Shown piece after piece: positions 25,576 to 36,063 of a DNA stretch of 64,000 nucleotides; position 1 is the first letter of the stretch; every line of letters starts with the position of its first letter. The translations under genes and the position numbers were made by a program. The stretch is from Klebsormidium nitens (taxonomy: Eukaryota > Plantae > Klebsormidiophyceae), in contig DF236973.1 of NCBI GenBank assembly GCA_000708835.1, positions 232,699-296,698 of the forward strand. Direction: 5' to 3'. The notes beneath the pieces are model-generated. The model searched no databases. It was given only the letters and a program-made list of their open reading frames with translations, and was not told the origin of the DNA.

Positions 25576-26901
25576 ATGGCAAAAACTTGGACAATCTTCA
25601 CGGGGATCTTGGCGAGTATAGTCCTGCTGACTGCGGCCGTGAGTTTCTCTCAGAGTAACACGGACAGCTCAGGCTTGCCCAGCCTCCTCAGGACAACTTC
25701 TTGCTTACCCAAGAACTGCAGTCAAGAGTGTCAACCAGCTTATGGTGAGGTCACACTTCTGAAGCAGAGGCTTGCAGAGACGTTGGGGGATCGTGATGCC
25801 GAGCGAAGGAAGGGTGAGGAGACAGTAGCGAAACTGCAGGAAGAAATAGCGACAGAACGCCGGAACAGTACGGAGCTTTTGGACACCCTGAAGCAGCTGA
25901 TTGAGGGTTTGAAGCTGGAGCTGATAGAGGGGCAAAAGAATAGGTCTGAGGCGGTGGCTACTCTGCAAGCGGAGGTTGAGGTGGAGAAGCAAAGAAGCGG
26001 TCAGCTTGTGAAAGACCTGGAGGAAGAATCTGCTGCAGATAGTCAGAATCGCACGGCCATTGCGCTCATTCCTCCAATCCCAAGCGCTGAAGACGTGCAG
26101 CGAGACGTGGAAACAGTCAAGCGGCTGAAGCTTTTAGACGCGGTCCAATCGGGGAAAGAGTGGAACACCCGACGGCGAGGCATCTTTCCGAAGAAGAGCA
26201 CGGCGCAGTGGGTAGAGTACTGTGAGACGTTGGCCCATGAGAATCAAGCCTCCTTGGAAGCTGGGCAAATTGCTGTTCCCCCCGAGCTCCTAGCAGAAGC
26301 GCACCACAACTATTACGGAGCACCCTGGGCATTGGGACGAGACATCTTCGAGTTCCTTGTCAATAAGACAAACCTCCAGCCGAGCCATAGGGTATTGGAC
26401 GTCGGCTGCGGCAGTATGCGGGTTGGCATCCACTTCATTGCATACCTAGAGCCAGGGCACTACGCCTGCATAGAAGCGGATGCGCTGTCTCTCGCAGCGG
26501 GCCTTTTGTACGAACTCCCTGTGAACGGGCTTCTACAGAAGCGGCCGCAAGTCATCAGTTCGAACACTTTCGACACCTCTGGCTTGACTCCCAAGTCCTT
26601 CGACCTTGTGTTTGCAAGCGCTGTGTTGATACATGTTGACACCCGAGAAAAAGTCTGGGACGCCCTTGGGAAGTTCGAGCGGCTTCTTGTGCCGAAGACT
26701 GGACGATTATTTACCAGCCATAACATGAAATGGTGCGAGGCCCCTACAGCGGAATCGGATTGTCCGACGCCAGGTATGTGCGACGCAATTGATTGCCCCG
26801 AGTTGGAAGATGTTAACCTTAGGTACTTGGCGCAGCATGCCTCTTTTAGCAGACTTTTTCAATGGGAAGAGCGGTGGTTTGAGTTCAAGTCTATAAGGTA
26901 G
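25576..26901 (+). CDS. Class I SAM-dependent methyltransferase with N-terminal signal anchor and coiled coil (resembles a plant family I recall as At3g05100-like)
   Basis: Single 441-aa ORF. N-terminal hydrophobic segment, heptad-rich region, then YGAPWALGRDIFEFL, motif I RVLDVGCGSMRVGIHFI, FDLVFASAVLIH and GRLFTSHN. Confidence 0.9.
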   Translation: MAKTWTIFTGILASIVLLTAAVSFSQSNTDSSGLPSLLRTTSCLPKNCSQECQPAYGEVTLLKQRLAETLGDRDAERRKGEETVAKLQEEIATERRNSTELLDTLKQLIEGLKLELIEGQKNRSEAVATLQAEVEVEKQRSGQLVKDLEEESAADSQNRTAIALIPPIPSAEDVQRDVETVKRLKLLDAVQSGKEWNTRRRGIFPKKSTAQWVEYCETLAHENQASLEAGQIAVPPELLAEAHHNYYGAPWALGRDIFEFLVNKTNLQPSHRVLDVGCGSMRVGIHFIAYLEPGHYACIEADALSLAAGLLYELPVNGLLQKRPQVISSNTFDTSGLTPKSFDLVFASAVLIHVDTREKVWDALGKFERLLVPKTGRLFTSHNMKWCEAPTAESDCPTPGMCDAIDCPELEDVNLRYLAQHASFSRLFQWEERWFEFKSIR

Positions 26902-27338
26902 TTCTATATCAAGAGTCAGAGAGTTAATTAGAGGATACGGGAATGTAGTTTGCTTCTCTGTACACTAGGTATGGTCTCCATTGATCTAGGTGACATTGTC
27001 GAAGCAGGGGATCTTTGATGAGAGGCCGTCGAACATTGTCGAAGGTCTGTGTCCAAGTCTTGTATTTTTCCTGCGCCGCCATGGTATTTTGTATCCTAGA
27101 GCCTGCTCATTTTTTGCTGTGCCAAGCACATGGATCGAATTAGAAAGTTTGCTCTACGTGCCAGACAGCCAGTAGCTATACACATATGTACATGTGCCAT
27201 GCGTCCGTGGCCCGGCACAGTTGTACGTGATGATCGCTATATGCATGCATGCACATATGCGGCCCTAGCTATGATCTCCATGTGTTCACTTCAACAATTG
27301 TGTTAGAAGAACGTCATGATTTGCATGCAAACGCGTCG

Positions 27339-28241
27339 CACGGGACCGCTACGGCGCGACTTGCGGACCTCGGTCCGACCGTAATTTAGTTACGTTTAAC
27401 CTCGCGGTCGGTCGGACCGAAAGTTCGCCTAGGTCGCGCGACGGTAAATCGACGGTTTTCGGAGGTAAGATTTTGGATATTCGGAGGTCGGAGTACGATC
27501 GCACCGATGTGAAACCTTGGAATTATTTTTGGAACCTAGGAAAAAAATCTAGAAAAAGGTAATTTGGCCCTAAATGTGAGCCAAGAAGGAAGCTATATAA
27601 CATGCAAATCCAAGAGGAGGCAGGGGTGTCCACTTGGTTGGAGGTAGTCCAATGGGTATATATTGAGTTGCAACTTTCCAATTTTCTGCCCCTTTCCCCA
27701 AACTCCATCCCAAGAGGTATTGGAAGCCATGGCCATGGTGGCTCCGTCCTTGGTGTAAAACGCCATTGCAGCAAGGAACTCGAAGGTCCTCCTTCCTCAT
27801 GGCTCGAGGCCCCGTGTTTTCATGGTGTACCTACTTTCCAGTCCCGGCCGTGGGTCTTCTAACCTGCAACGGGGCCTCTCCAGCCCCAACGCCTTTTGAG
27901 GTACCTGAGCGACTCATTCAGTTCGTCCATAACGCTCTCAAAAATGTCATCGGACGGTGCAACGGAGGGCGGTACCACCCGGTCGGGACCGTCCGGTCGC
28001 GATCGAAAATTTGTCGTAGGGCAGGGCCACGTCATTTTCCGTACAGAAATTGGCCCAGTTCACAGTATCGCCGAGTCGGTAATTTGAAATTTAAAACCTC
28101 GATCCGGCCGAGGAAACACCGAATTATCGGAGGTCTACGGAGGTCGATAAATTGGTAATTTGCAGGTAGGACCGACCGGGTATCGAGGTAAAACCTCGCA
28201 AATAGGCCTGAAACCGCGCGTCGCGCCGTAGCGGTCCCGTG
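27339..28241. mobile_element. Non-autonomous TIR DNA transposon (MITE-like, CAC-terminated), 903 bp
   Basis: Perfect 22-bp TIRs: CACGGGACCGCTACGGCGCGAC at 27339-27360 and its reverse complement at 28220-28241. CG flanks both sides. Subterminal CGGAGGT motifs at 27460, 27482, 28128 and 28138, plus GGACCGA-type motifs. No transposase ORF. Confidence 0.85.
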
Positions 28242-28937
28242 CGCGAAAACTTCAAAAGTTGCACTGCATAATGTGGGTTCTGGATATTTAAGTACTACAC
28301 GCAAAGCAAACGTCACCAGGCCATCATGTCACGTTTCAGCTAGACACCTTGTTCACACCCAAGATGCCACAACCGTCGATTTGATTTTCGAAGTGGCGTC
28401 ATGGAGCAACGGCATAAAGTCCCCCCAACCTCCTTTTTAGAATCGTATACACTGCGCGGACTTATATTTTATGCAGTTTCCTCTTCTGCCCAGCTTATGA
28501 AATCGGTGAACCAGCTTTTGGTCAGGCGAATGTACCCAATAGTGCGTGCATGGTTACAACTGGAAACAATTATTTTACGGACTTACACCTCACTCAGCTG
28601 CCCCTACAGAATTGCTGATGCAACCTCATGTTGCTACAAATATAAAATCGCTCAATGCTCTCTTCGAGCATCTTCTAAGACAATCAATACTCTGCTCTCA
28701 CCACAGCACCTCACTTACAAGGTGCCAGCCAAGCCAGCTAGCATAGACCACCTCTTTCGAGGTGCGCCTCCTGTCAATCACCAGATCATCGCTACTCAAC
28801 CAAAACAACACCGGGCAACCTCAACTTCTAGGTCCCGCCAACGCAACTTTCCAGTTGCAGTGCAAAGCGTCCGTAGCATAATCAAAATCAACCCACACTT
28901 TCTGTGAGCGTCGCGCGAACCCCCCCCCCCGGCCCCC

Positions 28938-31900
28938 TCAAGGCCTCAGGATGTCTTGAATAGGCTCCTTGCCTGGTTCGATGCTACTGGGCATCTTCTC
29001 ATTGAAAAGGCAAAGTGGGGGGTCCGCCAAATACGTGTTAAGCTCTCCGGTCTGGGCCATGTAGCCCATGATTAGGTTATCCCAATTTTGAACCCGGAGC
29101 TGGCGCTCGGCAGCCTTGAGTACCTGTGAGAACAGGGTTACAGACACGGTTAACGCCAATAAGGGTGGGGTTAGGTCAAGCTGAAGTTAAGCTGCCTGCC
29201 TTATTAGCAGAATTGGAGGCAACGCATGGACGCATAGTCTGAAAAACGGAAGCACTTCCTCGCCAGATGATCAGAAATGGAGCGTTCAGAAGTCGAGAAT
29301 GTTACCAAGCCAACGTAGCCGACAAAATTGTGCTTGGTAGCTCTACAGAAGAAGAACAAGTCAGGCAGAGATGTCCGTTCGTCTTGAATAAAAGACGGCA
29401 GGTAACATGGTCAAAAGCTCTGCCTTAAGCTCTTGGCAGGCGAAGAAACCAGCAATCCCTGATTAACATTGTCGAAGCAATCCTGCCGTTTATGTTCAGA
29501 AAGGTCTCAACGATCCGGGTCAACTTCCAGCTTGATCAGCCTCTCAGGCGTAGCAGAAACGGAATTTAAGGGACACAAGTCCCAGAAACCGGAGTCACTC
29601 CCCCAACCTTGATGGCCGTCTTTCGCCAACATAAACAGGCTTTTCTGCACCAACAGAAGCCTCCGGGTCTGTAAACCTGAATCTCAAACATACCACACAA
29701 TTTCTCGAATCCTATGCTTCCCCAAAGTTTTCAGACCAGCACGCTAAGTCATCTAGATCACGATGCGATTCCCCTCAATTTGATGGCGGTCTCTCGTCGC
29801 CCAACAATCCAGCATACCACTCGACTTTGGATTGAACGCTTTTGACCGGCAAGTATTTCAACTGTGATGCTATGTTTCTCACTTTGATGGCCGTCTCTCG
29901 TCGCACTACAACAGCCAGCGTGCAACTGCCGGTCTTGAACACGCGCACCCCCCGCCCGACGAACCTCCCGAGCGTGTGGCCGTGTTTGTGCATCGAACAG
30001 CCGTTCAACGCAAACAGGTCCCAGTCCGCCGGCAGCTGCGCCATCGTCTCGTTCAAGCGCGACAGGAAGTCGCCTGGCACCGGTATTTAGAACAGGCTTC
30101 AGTTCCCAAGCTGGGGTTTTCCGAATTCCAGATTCCTGGATTCTTTCAAACGGTCTTCTCAATCGGCTTACAACGAAAGGATTTGGCTACGGCGACGGCG
30201 ACAACCCCGGCGACGGCAACAATCCCATTGAGATAAGTAGCCTTCTACATCTGCTCAGAGGAGAGTCGTCTGCATGAGATGGATCTGAGAAACGTCATTA
30301 TCCGGTAACTGTATCGAATGCTTTTCTCTGGTGAGGAATGAGCCGCACGACTGGTGAGGAATGAGTCACTCAGCAGTCAGTGATGAGTGACTGCGTTTCT
30401 TGCGTCGCGGGGCTTCAAAAAGTCGCTGTAAGATGGAACATCTGACCTCATCGCCAACTTTCTGCACCGTGCAGACCATAAAGCAACAGATCCGAAGGGA
30501 CAAGCCAACCTTTTCGAAGGTTCAGACTTCCAATTTGCTGGTAGCTACTAGAAGGTTATAACGTAAATCTTGCCTTCACCAGCTAGAAGTTTCAGCAGAT
30601 CAGGAGAATTAGGGCTGAGTTGATATCAACTCAGCCCAAAGAATCTCTAGACTTCCTTACCTTCCGGCAGCAGGAAGTCGTCCTCCATGATGAGCACGAG
30701 CGGGAACTTCTCCGCCAGCATCCGGTGCATCAGACGCCAGTTGGTGACGTCGGTGGCCACCTTTTTGAGCTCATGCTCAACGCCCTGCTTGTACTCTTTT
30801 GCGCGCCTCCCAGCAAACAACGCCAACTGCATACACAGACTGAAAAACCGGTTTTGACTTTGAATGTGATAGATTGCATGCATAAAATTCGTTCACTCTG
30901 ATTGCTTTCGTGCAACAACTTCCTCCGATACATGTGCACCATGGACACTACAGTTTGCTTGAAAAGCCTAGCGAAGAACGCGTACTGCCATGTATTCTAC
31001 AAGCAATAATTTGGTGCTAAGCTCAGAATCGATTGGACTTTATGTAAGTTCAGTACTTGGTAGGAAGATGGTCAACAAGGCAATCCCATAAGAACTGTTG
31101 TGCTTCTGAGCACAACTCCTTCCTCACACTCTCTGGTGCTCTCCATGATTCAATAGCTCTCACGAATGGTATGGTAACGGCACTTCTACTTGTGTCGTTT
31201 CCTTTGACGCCCTCATCTGAGCTGAACTTCTATCTTGTGAACCCCAAAGGTCTGCAGAACGACTGATATCATACCTGCCCTTCAGTACTGACCTTAAAGC
31301 AGCTGAACGTAACGGCAATCACACCAATTTCCCAAGCCCCTCTCACCTCTTCCGACCTGACGGGCTCTTTCAGCCCGTCGATTGCATCCATGAACGTGAA
31401 ACCAATCTTCTGCGCGTCCATCTGGCTTTGGATTTTCTGCCGCCTCTCGTTGGCCCTCTTGAGCGACACCACCCAGATTGGCATCTTGTTCAGCTCAAGG
31501 GGATCCCTCTCGACGCCGTAGCGTGTCATGGCAGCCTTCTGTTCAGAGATGTGCTCCCAATTGGCCCATCGAATGGCTTCCCTGTGCAAGAAAGTACGGG
31601 TGACGTCAGCGATTGAGCGGATGACCTCGGCATGCACTGAGGATGACGTCAGTGCTTGCTGGCAGTGCAAGTGGATGAGCGGAGAGTGACTATGGACAGG
31701 AAAGGGCGATGGCTGCAGTGAGAGCGATTGAAATAGTCAAAGACAAACTTGCTCATGAAACTTTGCCTTTTGATCAACGCCGATGGACCTGACTGAATGA
31801 GAAAGAAAGGGACGCAACAACATCTGGATCAGAAGGAAATGGTTCCAATGGAAAAATGACAGGCCTGCAAAACCTGTGGCAGAGTTTGTGCCGGAGCGTC

Positions 31901-32905
31901 AGCACTCCAGAAAGAACTGGCTTGCGAATAGTCCATTGAACAAGAGCAGGATAGCTCAAGTGTAGTTGCTTCGAATGTCGCTTGATAGTGGTGGGAGTGA
32001 AAGCATCCAGAAGGAGAGTGGAGCTCCTCCAAGGAAACAAGCAGGGTGGGTGTCCCATATGCTGGCTTCATTTCTGGAACGTCAGCTGTTATCAACCCCA
32101 CTGATTCTCAGACGCACATTATCACTGCAGATATCAATCCCCACATCAGCAACGTTGATGCAAGCCACAAAGCGCCTCAAATGAACACTCGTGTGCGTCC
32201 TTTGTGCAGGCGCCACACTTTCCTCAAGCTTCATTAGAGCATATTTCTCTCTCGTGAGGGTATTTCAAAGACAACTTCTTAGGGAAACAAATCACTCTTC
32301 CACAGTGAGAAAACCTTGTCACTGACACATCGATGAGATTGTGGACTGCGGCCAGGTGTGATGGGAGTATCTCTGGCCCAATTCCTTGCAGATCCTGGAC
32401 ACTCACTTGGCCCCTGATATCTCACATTCCTTTCACTTGAGAGTACTCAACGGAACCGATTTCAGCTCAGAAGCACACCTGTCAATCTGCTCTACAACAC
32501 TGTCCATTTCAACTGCTCAACCATCCACCTCACAATCCATCCACAAATCCATACACAATGCATACACAAACACACACACTGAAAAACTTACCTCATCAGA
32601 TCACACCCCCGTAATAGCCCGTTCGGAGAGGTCAAGAAACCGACCAAGGCAACAAAGAGGAGACATCCGGCGGCCGTCAACATAAGTCTCGTCCCCAACG
32701 AGGCTCGCCTCAGCGCCCCTCTCAATCGGCACCACTTGCCCCCGTCTCTCAGGTCCTTGTCACACGATAGCTCAAAGAGAGGACAACTTGAGACATCAGC
32801 GGATTCAGCACTCTCCCCCATCGCAACCACCACGTATTTCGAATCCATTGCGCTGTCGCAGCGGGACCCGCAGTCCCCCGCCAATGCATGCAAAAGCCGC
32901 CTCAT
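28938..32905 (-). CDS. Type II membrane glycosyltransferase, GT25-like (Lex2B/LgtB/COLGALT C-terminal-type domain)
   Basis: First exon to 32592 has a TM anchor (LMLTAAGCLLFVALVGFL). The exon ending at 31347 encodes IWVVSLKRANERRQKIQSQM...FTFMDAIDG. Exon 30661-30826 encodes ...LVLIMEDDF, 29883-30073 encodes LPADWDLFALN...RETAIK, and 28938-29123 ends in a stop. These match the GT25 motifs ISL....RR, FDAVDG and ILEDD. Confidence 0.85.
29603..29919 (-). repeat. Exon-end-plus-donor tandem array in a GT25 intron (functional copy plus 2 decayed copies)
   Basis: Functional CGACGAGAGACGGCCATCAAA|GTGAGA (exon ends 29883). Copies at about 29774-29813 (CGACGAGAGACCGCCATCAAA TTGAGG) and 29603-29631 (CGAAAGACGGCCATCAAG GTTGGG). 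Confidence 0.8.
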
Positions 32906-33029
32906 TGCAGCGAGAGTCTAGGGCCGCTTTCAATGGGGCGCAGCTCAAGCTCAGCACAGTCATATATGTCGACCATTGTCGACCCTACCTAACTAGCAAG
33001 CAGCTGCCAAGCGGCGAATGTGAGCACCA

Positions 33030-34720
33030 CTGAGCCCTCTCCTACTACCTACCTAGTATTACCGTACCAGACCTGGCTTTGCCTTGCAAGTTGCAGTGCG
33101 AATCTCACGCAAAGCCACAAACCGCAGCATCAGTATCGCCGTGTACGTAATGGTTCCGGTTTCAGCTTCCTCGTAGTACCCACCTACCTGGTGGGTTAAG
33201 GTGGGTTACTTTGACACGTATACAGCCGGGCAGCGGATCAACCATTTTGCTTGAGGGTACCTAGTACCTACCCCCTACCTACCTTTGAAAGATTTACCTG
33301 CTTTAAATAATTTAGAACTGGTGGCTGATACTCGACAAAACGGTCATTTGAAGTCAAAAAAGTACCCCATCAAGTTTCTATTCCACCGGTCCATATGTCA
33401 TTTGAGAGATTCGAAATCTTCCAACTTTACCGAGTGTGGTAACCTTGGGTAGCTACGTACTACCGGTACGTGTGCCTGCGGTTTGTAACTTTCTCAGAAA
33501 GCCCCCGCAACAGGTTACGCCTGCCTCACGTCAGATGCTTTGCCGTGCAGTCAGGATCTCACACGAGTGCGGACGTTGCTACCTGTAACCTACATATTTT
33601 TGAAAATCTGGCTGGATGATCCCTCCAATCATTGAGCAACTCCCTGAGGATATGCCACATGGGACAGTTCAACGGTTTAAAAAGGCCGGACAGAACATAT
33701 TAGCCGTCCATTGAGTCAGCTGACTTCTCGAGTAACCGACGGTTGCAAATCTGAAGAATCTTTGCTTTCCCCTGACATGGTACCCCTGACATGGTACTGA
33801 GTGCACACTGCATGGCATTTCTCCTTTCTGCAGATCGATTAGGTAGGTAGGTATGTACCGTAGCCTGTAGGCTGTAGGTACCGTACTACCAAGGTATGAT
33901 TCCGAATGCTCAAAATATGCAATTATTCAACGGAATGCGAGCCTAAATCTTGTATTATTTTTCAGAATCCGACCCTAAATCCGAATGAGCTCAAAGGTAC
34001 CCAGGTACCCTGATTTTCTGGCTTTTCAAGGGTNNNNNNNNNNNNNNNNNNNNNNNNNNNNNNNNNNNNNNNNNNNNNNNNNNNNNNNNNNNNNNNNNNN
34101 NNNNNNNNNNNNNNNNNNNNNNNNNNNNNNNNNNNNNNNNNNNNNNNNNNNNNNNNNNNNNNNNNNNNNNNNNNNNNNNNNNNNNNNNNNNNNNNNNNNN
34201 NNNNNNNNNNNNNNNNNNNNNNNNNNNNNNNNNNNNNNNNNNNNNNNNNNNNNNNNNNNNNNNNNNNNNNNNNNNNNNNNNNNNNNNNNNNNNNNNNNNN
34301 NNNNNNNNNNNNNNNNNNNNNNNNNNNNNNNNNNNNNNNNNNNNNNNNNNNNNNNNNNNNNNNNNNNNNNNNNNNNNNNNNNNNNNNNNNNNNNNNNNNN
34401 NNNNNNNNNNNNNNNNNNNNNNNNNNNNNNNNNNNNNNNNNNNNNNNNNNNNNNNNNNNNNNNNNNNNNNNNNNNNNNNNNNNNNNNNNNNNNNNNNNNN
34501 NNNATCATACCTTGGTAGTACGGTAGGACCCCGGTATTTCTACGTGCCGTACCAACCGTAGTACCGTACCTACTACCTCTGTACCTAATGTAGGTACCTA
34601 CTAGGTACCAAGGCATGCCGTTAGTGTTACCGGTATGGTATGTCGGTGCATGAAGGAAGGCACAAAGTAGGTAGTGCTGGTAGTTGGTAGTTGGTAGAAG
34701 CTGAAAAGTCACGCGCTCCA
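33030..34720. repeat. GTAC/GGTAG/CTACC-rich repetitive region spanning an assembly gap
   Basis: Dense TACC, GGTA and GTAC words on both sides of the N-run. No coding signal. Confidence 0.55.
34034..34503. other. Assembly gap (470 N)
   Basis: Run of N. Confidence 1.
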
Positions 34721-36063
34721 TGACTTGTCACCCAATCATCAATGCCCAACTTTGAGGCATGTGGTCTGCCGGTATGCATTGGATATGCACTTCACCGTAC
34801 TACTTTTATCACATCACTTTGCCCTCCATGTGAAAACGGCACCTAGAAGTGGCCCGCGTGCAGCTGTGCACTGCTAATCAGAAAGAATGGTCCGGCGTCC
34901 TTGGGACATCAACGTAGCATCCAATCACTGAACGATTTTGCATATTGTGGCGCGTATCTCCAAACAATCATCAGGAGTACTGCTGATTCCGCTCTTCTAT
35001 TGCAGCCGTGCGCAGTGTTGCACAGGTACACAATAAGTTCTTCTCTTTCTCGATTGAAAGTCACTGCAACCACACATGCCATGCACATCAGTATGACAAG
35101 AGATTGTCGAGTGTAAGCCTAGGGATTCATGACCCGCTTAGGGCATTTGTACAATGGTGCACTCGGTGTGATCTACTTAGGATCACTATATGATACTTAG
35201 TATGTGCCAGGCATCAGCATGGCTTCCTCGCGATCCAAGCATATTTCAATCAAAGACGTGGATGACAATCATTTGGTCACCAACGCATCGTCTTTTTAGG
35301 CTTCTCATGGCCTGGATTCGACAACATATAAATTAAATTGATTGCATCGTGATGTGAAAGAATTGGTCAGACTCATTATACGACGATATTTGATGCTCAC
35401 GCGCCTAAGTCTCGGGATATCGACGACATTGCGATCGAAGTACCTCAGTACTTCAAATGTCGGAACTAAGTTGAAAACAATGCAACCGCGGTATATGAAT
35501 GGCACATGCTGAGATGCATATGCTTGCATTCGCATGCAGCCGGACGGTATTGCATTAGTATTGCGCACGCTGCTTTAACGCGCTACAGGCCGATAGCTCG
35601 CCTGCGTGTCTTGCACACGTACATGCATCACTATTTTTCGAAGTTCTTGAGTAAAGCAGAAATTTAGTAAGGGCCAAATGACCACTTTGCGAGCAAGCAT
35701 TCGCCTTGAATAGACAAGTGACACGTTCCTTGACTGCAAGCACTGCATGCGCCATGCGTCTGATCCGTATGGCCTAAAGAGAGGTGACCATGTCGAGGTC
35801 TTTGTGCGTTGTTCAACCAAGAGGAAATCGATCTCGTGATCATTCAATCATGTCAGTTTCCTCAATTGCGAGGTCGACTTGATCGACACAGAATGATTCC
35901 TCAGCCGTGAACAGGGCCGCATTGACAAGTCCCGACCATCAACCGGGCAGCTCCAAATTGTTTGCCTACACACAATTCGTCAGGGCTTCTCTTTCCGTTT
36001 GCAGCAACGACAAGATCGCAATGTTTCGATCGGCAACCAACAACTGTACTAGCAGCATGATTC

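Noticed and set aside
28401-28907. 168-aa plus-strand ORF
   Set aside because: Lies immediately downstream of the GT25 stop on the opposite strand with no coding bias. Probably GT25 3' UTR or intergenic DNA.
33985-34721. ORFs 33985-34518 and 34026-34721
   Set aside because: Artefacts of translating through the N gap.
35345-35530. HRDVK peptide suggesting a kinase catalytic loop
   Set aside because: No following xxN, DFG or other kinase motifs, and it is bounded by stops. Likely chance.
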